A stretch of DNA of 64,000 bases, taken from Macrostomum lignano. Its lineage: Eukaryota. The position numbers were made by a program, and so were the translations under genes. The stretch's first letter is position 1. The number at the start of each line of letters is the position of its first letter. The notes under the pieces are model-generated. The model was given only the letters and a program-made list of their open reading frames with translations. It did no database searches and was not told the origin of the DNA. The stretch covers positions 237,638 to 301,637 of the forward strand of contig NIVC01000428.1 in NCBI GenBank assembly GCA_002269645.1, given 5' to 3'. This document shows, one piece after another, positions 36,301-45,985 of the stretch.

Positions 36301-37880
36301 AGCATATGGAACCATGTGGCAGTACACCTGTTTGCCTTATCCAGCTACTCTCAAGCAACACATTGGCAGTCTCAGCAGTGTTGGAACAGATGGCGACTGC
36401 CAAAGCATTGTGTGGTCACATCTTAAACTATGCAGCCCATCCTAGCGCTACTGTTCAATTCTTTTTGACAAGGTATATGTCAAGCCATTGCTCCAATTCA
36501 GCGGGTGTCATACCATTGGGTATGCAGAGGATGAACCACAGCAACTTGCACGAACTGTTTTGGCCCTGATGGTCAAGCCGTTTATAGGTGGTCAGGCATA
36601 TGTTGCCAGACTAATTCCAATATATAGCCTACAGTCAACCTTCCTGCATGACCAGGTAGTGCATCTCATTCACCTACTATACGAGAATGGCAGCTCAGTT
36701 GTTAGCATTATATGCAATAACCATTTCATGAACCGCAACTGCTTTAAGCAACTGCAGCAGAAGATTCCACTGCTCTATGGATTGTTAAGAATCCAGCCGA
36801 TCCGGATCAACCATTGTACTTGCTGTACAATCCTGTACACCTATTGAGGAACATTAGGAACAACTGGCTAACACAGTACGCAGGCGAGATTGAATTTCAG
36901 CCAGTGGTCGGAGGCATAGTCAAGCGAGCTAAGTGGAGCAACCTTGTGAAAATCAAGGAAGCATCAAGGGACCACATTGTATGGCTAACACCACTGAATC
37001 CAGTTGCGTGTCACCCTTCACCTCTTGAGAGAAAGAAAGTGTCCCTTGTGCTAGACCCATGACGTCTTCCATGACAAAACAGTTGCAGCTCTTCAGCTGA
37101 ATAATTACCATGAAACAGCAGAGTTTGTAGAGAAGGTTGTCAACTTCTAGACCATCCTTAATGTCAAGTCACCTGAAGCGCATGTCAGACTGAATGACTA
37201 TTGATGAGCTTCAATCAATAGCATCAACTTGCATGGAATCCAGGAGCTGCTCAGTTTTGCTGCTATTGTGGACCGCATGCCAGGTGGAAGAGGAGCCAGT
37301 TGCACTAAATCCTGACCACCGAGATGTGCAAGGATGTCCAACAAATGGCGAATGGATTAGCTGATTTGTGCAGGCACCTATTGACAAGCAAGGGATTTTC
37401 ATGTGTTGCTTGGTGCGTATAAGATTATAAAAGTGAGATATGCATTTATAATCCTTATCTGCAAAATTTATTCATTCTTTCCAGGCGAACTGCAGACTGA
37501 CCAACTCGAGGGAGAGTTCTCCGTGTACCGACAAGGTCATGGCAGCTGCTATTATATTTTGGTTGATCAGATTTTGGCCACTGCATGCCTACGCCGAATG
37601 CAGTTTTATAGGCATTTGCATCACATTACTCTCACTGACGACCATCAGCCATCAGCCTGCTGCTCTGCTGTGGTTTCCGAGAGAGACTGGAAGATCCTCG
37701 ACAATCTCCCACAGCTTTCTGATGGCTTGAGTGATGCGGAGTCAGTAGTGCTATATTTCATTAGCGGATATGTTACCATTAAAGAGCATCTGGTTAGGCC
37801 GAATCCTGAAAATTGCCAACTATCTGCTGGCAGTGAATTTACTTTGTTTCTCTCCCGAGGGAAGCTTTGCCACCCTCCAG
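33331..37880 (+). mobile_element. Decayed THAP-domain P-element-like transposase, interrupted by an LTR element
   Basis: THAP-like MPLKCCILGCKGNY...VYSF...W from ATG at 33357. FD(K)VYVK, LARTVLALMV, HLLRNIRNNW, LQTDQLEGEFSVYRQ, YFISGYV, LSRGKL. The frame reads GR|AAYG across the insertion. Confidence 0.8.
34351..36298 (+). mobile_element. Non-autonomous TRIM-like LTR retrotransposon (1.95 kb)
   Basis: LTRs 34351-34735 and 35916-36298 (TGTGACG...CGTCACA, near-identical); TSD GCAG; tRNA-Gln-like PBS at 34742-34770; PPT AGAGGAAGGCGAG at 35903-35915. Confidence 0.93.
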
Positions 37881-39309
37881 AGTGGATGGGTAGATGCGCG
37901 TGAGGCTGATCCATACGTCACCGGCCGATTGGCGGGCCGAGAAGTCCCTTTCCTACTAGACAGCGGCAGTCGGAAAAACTTTCTTGGAGCGTCAACCTGG
38001 GCCAATGTTAGACGTCGGTTGCCTCGTTGTATCATATTGCATGCTATCCCGGATTGCGTGACCATGTACGACGGTATGCAGCTACCCCTTGCATGTAAGG
38101 TGATCATCCCGGTGAAGTTCGGTGATGTCATCCGTTGCGGACACCGAATTCCTGGTCACGGTCACCGATTGTGAAAATTTGCTTGGTATTAATTTCATGC
38201 GTGAGCACTGCCAGAACTTGGACTTTGCTCAAGGAATGCTAAAGTTTAACAATGGCGCGTGCATTCCCGTTCGCTATTTGCGCCGTGAGCTTCAATCATG
38301 CCGGGTGTACACCTCCAAGAAGTGCACTCTGCCGCCAAGAAGCTCAGCACTGTTGGCCATCCAGTTGGATGTCGGCCACCCCGAGAACCGAGGATCGCCA
38401 TCAATCATCGAGCTGGTGAAGTCGAGACTGCACCCTAGCTGCAACACTCTGGAAGCAGCTCCAGCTTTGATGACGATGCCTGAAGGTCAAGGCTACATCG
38501 AGGTTGTCAACACTGCTGACTGCGAGGTGTTCCTGCAGTCGGGCATCCGCGTTGGTGTTGCGACACCACTTAGAACTGCCGACCTGATGTACCTGGAAGA
38601 GATGCCGGAACCTGAAGTTCAACATTTGCCAAGGAGCCCTGAAGAGCCCAGCATAGCTTGGCTAGAGGAAGTCGAGATCAACAGCGAGCTGTCCGAAGAC
38701 CAATGACAGAGAGTGCGAGATCTACTAGTTGAGTGTCAAGTAGCCTTCTTGAAGCACCTGCTAGACGCTGGCCTGACACACCTGGTGACCCACGAAATCA
38801 TCCTGAAGGATCGGACACCAGTTGCGCTACCACCGCACAGGATCCTGCCTCATCTGAAGGACAAGCTCGATGCCCTGCTAGACGAGATGCTGGCGAAGCA
38901 CATCATTCGCCCAGCTTATTCTAGCTACAACTTGCCGATGCTGATAGTGCCCAAGAAGGACGGCAAGATCAGGCTGGTGCATGACTTCAGAGCTCTCAAC
39001 GACAAGTGCGTGTACCACCCGTACCCGCTGCCGCACATTCAGGAGACCTTCGCGAAGCTGCATGGTGCCCAGTGGTACTCTAGCTTGGATCTCGCTCAAG
39101 GATTCTGGCAGATCCCGCTGCGCGACTGCGATCAGCACTTGACGGCGTTCTCTGTGATTGACCGCGGACAATTCTGTTTCAATGTTCTACCGATGGGTCT
39201 CCACGATAGTCCAGGCAGCTTTCAGCGTTGCATCAATAAGCTCCTGGATGGCCTGACGCCAAAGACTGTGCTTGGCTACATGGATGACATTGTGGTGCAC
39301 TCAGTGACT

Positions 39310-40211
39310 GGTCAACTCCAGTGTTTTCCAAAATGAAGTTCTGGCCATCAGCTCCTGCACTGCAGAGCTTCTCGCCACTGGCGTTACTGGTAAGAACATC
39401 ATTTTCCATTCGGACAGCCAAGCTGCCTTGCACGCCATCAGTGGCTGCAGCACCAACTCTGCTACAGTCCTCGACTGTATCAAACTCCTCAACATGTTGG
39501 GTTCCACCAACAAAATCACCCTTAAGTGGGTTCCAGGGCATGTGAGGATCCGAGGAAATGAGTTGGCTGATACCCTTGCAAAAGTTGGTGCCTCCGGCTC
39601 CTCTCTCGGCCCCAAACCTCTTGTCCCGATTCCTGGCTGTGTCATCGACTCGCGCATCAAAGCATGGATCAGGACTCAGCACCGCTCGACTTGGGCGAAC
39701 CGCACGAACTGCAGGCAATCCAGAGGCGCTGTCCCTCAGCCCTCTCACCAGCTCCGGAAGCTCCTCTTGCGCCTCTCGTGCAGAGACATCCGGGCTGCCA
39801 CCATGACCCTCTCTGGTCACGGCTGCTTCTCCAGGCACCAGTACCTGCAGGGCAACGCCACCTGTAGTTTCTGCAACTCAAGTGACGAAACCGCTGAGCA
39901 TTTTGTCAGCATCTGTCCCGCCTTCACGCGGGCCAGACTCACTTACCTCGGGCCACACACATCTATTACTGAAGCGTGCAAACCCGAAAACTTTAATCAG
40001 CTCATGCGCTACCTTCGGGCCACCCGCAGGGCTGAACTCTCCTTTCCAGAGAGCACTATAGCTGCTGGCGACACTGGGGGACCTCCCTGGGCGGCGCCAA
40101 CCCTCCGTCCATAGCGACGCGTCAGCCGTTCAGGGACTAGCGGAATGGGCGCCCGCGCCTTCCCGCTGTGTCCCCTCCGGGACAGCCCTGCAGCTAAGTC
40201 AAGTAAGTCAA
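39310..40211 (+). mobile_element. 3' fragment of an RNase-H-bearing LINE (I/Loa/Tad/R1-like) inside the Gypsy
   Basis: SVFQNEVLAI, IFHSDSQAAL, WVPGHVRIRGNELADTLAK; knuckle CSFCNSSDETAEHFVSICP; stop at 40114; TAAGTCAAGTAAGTCAA tail. Confidence 0.85.
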
Positions 40212-42536
40212 AAGGCTTCGCGCCACACTACCTGGTGTTTGGTCGAGATTTTCGACTACCAATCGACAACGCGATCAAGAAGCTGCCGGAGTATGCCGAT
40301 CTGCCTGAGTATGTCAAGGACTTCCAGCGCCGATTGGATGAAGCAACCGAACTGGCCAAAGACCGCCTGCATCTGCACCAGCAGCTGCGCGACGAGCACT
40401 ACTCGAACCTGCCCGCCACCAAGAAGCTCCAACCTGGTGACCTGGTTTTCCTCAACAACCTGGTGCTCAAACCGGATGAAGCGGCGAAGTTCCATCGACC
40501 TCGCAAAGCGCTGTACGAGGTAGTCGAACCCAAGGGCGAGGTCGTCTACAAGATTTGCCGTAGAGTGCCAAACCCGCGGGCCAAGCGCGACGAGCTAGTA
40601 GTCCATCACCGGAATCTGCGGCTTGTACCTGATGCCGACTACCAGCTGACTTCGGATCCAGAAGTCGACAAGGCCAAGAAGCGCCGCAGGTCGACTGATA
40701 CCCCGGATGGTGCAGGACCCGCGACCCTGACACCGATCCCGGAGGACGATCCCGATGACGATGATGACGATGACGCATGGCCGGCCTTTCGGTGGCACTT
40801 CCGGCCGTTGGCGATCCCGGATGTGCAGCCAGGAGGTGGACCGGTCACGACACTAGCGAACCAGGCAAGTGCATTTCGGCGTGAGCCACTGCCGTATGGT
40901 GATCGCCATGATGGTGTGCCTGGTTTGAATGCGTCTGCACCTGTTGCTTCGTTTTCACCTGTCCATGCGTCCCCTTTTCCCGAACCTTTTTCTATGGTGC
41001 AGTCCCCTGCGCCACCTTCTTGCACCACTCAGGTGGAAGTGTCTCCCATACCAGTAGTGGTAGGTAGGCCCGTTAGGGATCGGAGGCCGCCCGAGAGGCT
41101 TCTGATTAGCGATCCTAGGGCCAAAACGTACGCTAGTCGCACTGCCCGCATGCGTGTACAGAAATCAAAACCTTTCAGCGCAGAAATGCACAAACGCCCA
41201 TACCAAGCGAGTGCGAGCTCTTCATCCGGCACTGAGCAAGGCCAGCCCAGCCGTAGCAGGCGCCGGCCCAGCACGCCAGCTTCGCCGGAGACTATGGGAA
41301 TCCCGCGCCACCCGCTAGCGACTATTAACTGGCGACTCCTGGACGAGGGCGACACTTTGGCGAGGTCAACGCGCCGGACTGATAGGCGCCCACGCCACCG
41401 CACTTCGTCACCCGAGCCCCAGAGTCGAAATGGACGGCCAGTCCGGCCATCGGCACCCAGGCGAAGCCCGTCGCCCGTTCGAGAGGACCGTGTGCCTCAA
41501 CGCCCTGCTCGTAGTCGCCGACAGCAGCCCAAGGTCATCGACCTTACGGGCGACTCGCCGCCACCGGAGGCAGAAGTGCGGCGAGTCACGGCTGAACGGC
41601 TCGCAGCTGCCCTGGCATACGTTCAACTCGAGCAGCAAGTAATGCGGGGCTTGGCGGGCGTCCGCCTCCACATCAGGAATTCTCTTGCAGGTAACGACGG
41701 GACTCGGTCGATTGCCAGTGGACGAGCCGGGTTGGAGACCCACGGCGATCCAGAAGGAGCAGGTCAACACGGAGTAGACCCCGAAGGCTCCAGGTATCCC
41801 GAAGCGGCCCCGTCCCCGATGTCCTGGGCTGACGAGACCTAGGGAGCCGCTGCGTGCTCCGAGGACATTTGGACCGACCTGGCCGTCTCTCTGAGCCGCA
41901 CCCTACCAAGAGCCCCGCCTCCAACGCCAGAATGCTCGGCGGAGACTGTCAACGCCGGCACTCAAATGGAAACGCCACTTCCGGAGGTTCGAGCCACTGT
42001 CATCTTTGCCGGTGCCAACCTGCTACGTGCTGTGCTCACCAAGGCAGCCCGGCATGGCGAGGAGACCGTCGACCTTCGCGGTCCGATCTGGGCAGAGCTT
42101 TGCCGGACTACGGCCGAGGAGCAGCGCCAGCTGTTTGAGGAGGCGATCGGCCTGGCTGGCCCCGAGCTGGAGCAACCGAACCGGCCGTACGCTCTCCATT
42201 GGGTGGCTGTCCGCGTTGCCCGGTTTCTGGGCGGCGGCAAAGAGGCCTGCCAGCGATCCTGGCGGCCCCGCATATGAGCTACTTTGATTAACTGACGAGC
42301 CTGCGCAAATGTTCGCCCTTGATGAGGAAGAAGTTGTACCCCCCCCTTTTCGCGCACTCCCCCGGAGCCTCGCATGTGAATCCCGAGTCATGACTTCCTG
42401 CTCCCTCTTGCCGCGCTAATTAAGTGCCCTTGGTGCAGAGGTCCCTGAGCTGTCTGGCTTGTTTATTCAGGTTAGCGCCCTGCTAGGCGCCGTTACGGTC
42501 CAATTACCCGCAATTTTGTGGGACTCGAAGCTTTGC

Positions 42537-42745
42537 TTAGGCGCTACTTCTATGGTGGGCCGGCGCCCCCACGCAATGTTTAGGCGCCACTTCTATGGTG
42601 GGCCGGCGCCCCCACGCAATGTTTAGGCGCCACTTCTATGGTGGGCCGGTGCCCCCACGCAACACTTAGGCGCCATTTTTTTTCGTGGGCTGGCGCCCCC
42701 ATGTAATGATTAGGCGCACGCTATTAGCGGGCGGGCGCCCCCGCC
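42537..42745. repeat. 43-bp tandem repeat (5 copies) in the Gypsy 3' UTR
   Basis: TTAGGCG units start at 42537, 42580, 42623, 42666 and 42710. Confidence 0.9.
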
Positions 42746-43739
42746 GTATCCGGCCGCAATCTTTACGACCTGGCGAGTCGCGCAATTTCTCGAGCGCATT
42801 TGAATTTTGTCTTTACCAGTAAATGCATGTTTATCTTGTAAAGATTATCTTTACAAGATTATCTTTTATCTTATAAAGCGCGCGCCGCTTCACTCTGCCT
42901 CTTTATTTGAACAGGGAGAGTGTAGTGAGTCGCTAGTTTAGTTAGGCGCCGCACTAGTCAGCTGTTGCCCTCGCCCTCGCCCCAGGTTTCTGTCTGCCGC
43001 TAGGCAGTTGCCTGTCCCTCCCGCCTGTCTTCTGGCCTGTCCCTTGCCCATTTGCCTGTCTGTCTGTTTGTCCTCGTTTGCCCCCTTTTGTTTCATTTTC
43101 CCTTTTTGCAGTGCCCAGACAGCTTGGTCTGGCCTGCCTCTGTTTCGTTCTCTTTCGCGCGAGAACTGCTAAATCTGCACGAAGTGCGAGTCTCTTTCTC
43201 TCGTCTTAGTTATTTGCTTCTATGAGCTCAGCACCTCACCGAAGGCTGCGACTCTGCGAAGCTGGTGGCAGCATTACCGACGCTACGAGAACTACTTTCT
43301 AAGAAATAGAAGGCCTCTAGACAACAGGCAAGACACCTGTACTTCACTATGCTTCATGGGATGGAGCGTTGGCCTCCACCTATTCTGGATTAGTAGAAAT
43401 TTAGATTCTAAATTATTGGAATTGCATAGGTTTATACATATGTAGTGTGCAAATATGCACTCATGTATGGATTGTTTCATTGTTCTCTTTCACTTAAAAT
43501 ACACTTTCAGAAGCAATTGCACCAAGCAGCCACACCAATTGCAAGAAGCTACACCAAGTTTTCTGAATCAAGAAGTGCCACTGCTCAGCAAATTCAATGA
43601 AAGAATAACTAGACATAGAAGAAGATTGGCAACAAAAAAGGATCACCTATAAAGACTCCTTTCATTACATTTTTTGTTCTCATTGTAAGGTGTATGCATT
43701 ATGTTATAACTGGTGATATAAGCTAGCAGTGCACTTCTT

Positions 43740-44260
43740 GTCATTTGTTAGATGCATATGCAGAGTGTCTCAAAACTAGCCTTGAAAGTATAATCTCTAA
43801 TGGATGTCATCACTCCAGAGAGGTATGGCAATTGCTATGCAGTGTCTATGCAGTACATATCATGAAAAGAAAACCACTAGTTATTAACACCACAGTATTT
43901 TATATCACATTTCATTGACTTTCTGACCTTAAAATAGCATATAATGCCATAATTTCTAATTAATTTCAGTTTGCATTATAGTGCTATAGCAGTGCATAGT
44001 GCAGCTGCTTCCTGCATGGCAAAGAAGCTTGTCATCTCCTATAATATTGCTTGCAAGCTGCAAGTCACCTTCACTAATGAAGAGCAGTTGCAGTTTGTTG
44101 TCCCAAAGTTCAACACCTATAGACATATGTGGAAATGCCAATTGGACTGCAACATCCATTTCCAAGATAGTGTTGGACTGATAGACAATGAGGGCTATGA
44201 ATTTCCATAGAGCCTGCCAAGGCACTTTGGCTCACAAATGAAGGAATTAGCACAGTCTAG
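43740..44260 (+). mobile_element. Decayed KDZ (Kyakuja-Dileera-Zisupton)-like transposase fragment
   Basis: ISY(N)IACKL...FVVPKF(N)TY(R)H..KCQ....GLID(N)EG.E resembles the KDZ pattern YDIAC / PKFH..GH / CQ / GL.DGEG.E, recalled from memory. Confidence 0.55.
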
Positions 44261-44775
44261 TTGCATTGATTTTCTGAACCATCTTATATACAATGTCAAT
44301 ATGGAGCAAATCCAAAGCACTAGTGAATAATATTTGAGCATCAAACAGTGCATTGTCTTTTCTTAGGTGATTGTTATCAATTGCAATTGCCAAGCCTCAT
44401 TCTGCCTTAATTTTGCTAAGTGGCCAGTTGCCAGGCCATATTGATAGTAATTTGCCACTGCAAGATGTGTAAATCCTGACAGTGTATGATTTTTTGTCAA
44501 TCATAACAATGGCACTAGCCCTTGGACAATTTCATGAAGCTAGGAGCTAGCAATTTTAACTATATATTGCCATGCATTTAATATTGCCTATATGCCCCTG
44601 ATTTTTATAGCTTAGTTGCACAGATTTTTGCAGCTAATATAACTGCAGTCTCTACTATTGTTACTATTATTGCTGCTAAAATAATATTGCCATAGACAGA
44701 TCCTATGCTAGCATAAAGCTGTCAGCTGTGACTTTTTCATTAGAAAATACTGTTGCAACAAAGTATACTTTAGAC

Positions 44776-45169
44776 CAGGGGTCCCCAACCTGCGGCCCGC
44801 GGGCTGCATATGGCCCGCGAGCCCTTTTTTGTGGCCCGCGGCACCTTCCAGTAGTTTGCATTACATGCGGCCTACTAAGTCTATCACTGGATTTCACTGC
44901 AGCCCCCAAAGCTGACCAAGAGGAAAACTAAAGCGCAGTTGACTGATGGCCACCTCAAAGATGCACTGCTGCTTGCAGTTTCGTCGATCAAGCCAAACTT
45001 TGAACTGCTGTCGAAGGATAAGGAGCACCAGCCATCTCATTAATTTTGTTTGACATTTGGAAATGGACATTTTTGCTTGGCTTTGCATATTTTATATTAG
45101 CATGCGGCCCACATACCCTAAGCCAGTTGTCAATGTGGCCCACCACCCGTAGAAGGTTGGGGACCCCTG
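44776..45169 (+). mobile_element. Non-autonomous hAT (Buster/Charlie type), 394 bp
   Basis: TIRs CAGGGGTCCCCAACCT / AGGTTGGGGACCCCTG; perfect 8-bp TSD CTTTAGAC; retains the transposase C-terminus LTDGHLKDALLLAVSSIKPNF...HQPSH*. Confidence 0.93.
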
Positions 45170-45731
45170 CTTTAGACAATGCTAGTCTAGAAACTTTTCT
45201 CTCATTTTAAAGTTTTGGTTTAACTTTTAGAAAGGGGTGCTGAATTTGTAGGAGTACAGCACAAGCAAATGCAGAATTGGCCACAGAACACCTGAAACAT
45301 TGATATGCCTAATTCTAATAGTTTTAGACAATTATTAGATTACAACAATTTTGTAAGTTCTTCAATTTTTGTTGGCAGCATACATTCTGCATACAAAAAC
45401 TGATCCTTATGCCCCTTGACAAAAATCAACTACATAGTTGAAGTTGTTGCAGCAATAATTGTGTATGCTTTCATTGTCATTTATCTTAAAATCAAATATC
45501 TGGCTGCTTGCTTGACTGAAGCAATACCACAAGGCCCATCAGCTGGTATGAAAAAGTAGTTGCTACTATTGCAGCATTGAGCTCTTTTCCAAGTAAGCAT
45601 ATTTAAATATATATTTTATTTCTAAGTACTATATTTCCTTATTGTTAATACCAATGTCAACAATTTAGCTATAGTAGAGGACTTTGAAGCTGATGTGGCT
45701 AGCTGGATTGAATAGTTCTAACAGGACTTTT

Positions 45732-45985
45732 CATACATGCGCAACCCCCTGATTTACACTGGCCATGCGACTTACTTTTTGACCAAAAATGCAACTTACC
45801 TGTGAAAGAAACCCTAACGCAATTTTGGGTAAACGGCAGGAGTAATTATGACTGTCTTATAAGGGCTAAATGCCTCGTCATCTAATTAGTATTCTTTAGG
45901 CTGGGCATTTTTGCGACTTACCCCTAGTCCACCACAATTTATGGTGGCCAGATTGGCCAGGTTGGCCAGCAGTTGCGCATGTATG
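45732..45985. mobile_element. 254-bp TIR mini-element (hAT or P superfamily) carrying a 28S rRNA fragment
   Basis: 14-bp TIR CATACATGCGCAAC / GTTGCGCATGTATG; perfect 8-bp TSD GGACTTTT; three subterminal GC(G/A)ACTTAC copies. Confidence 0.9.
45827..45890 (+). pseudogene. 64-nt fragment of 28S rRNA (helix 69-71 region, R2 target site)
   Basis: GGGTAAACGGCAGGAGTAATTATGACTGTCTTATAAGGGCTAAATGCCTCGTCATCTAATTAGT versus the eukaryotic consensus recalled as GGGTAAACGGCGGGAGTAACTATGACTCTCTTAAGGTAGCCAAATGCCTCGTCATCTAATTAGT. Confidence 0.88.

Larger units (their letters stand above)
37885..43287 (+). mobile_element. 5'-truncated, internally deleted Ty3/Gypsy element
   Basis: Protease LLDSGS; RT 38713-39309 (IVPKKDG, DFRALN, SSLDLAQGFWQ, LPMGL, YMDD); integrase tail YLVFGRDFRLPID from ~40215; PPT ACAGGGAGAG; 3' LTR TGTAGTG from 42921 to ~43287. 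Confidence 0.9.

Noticed and set aside
45827-45890. Functional rRNA gene
   Set aside because: It is a 64-nt mutated fragment with no flanking rDNA.
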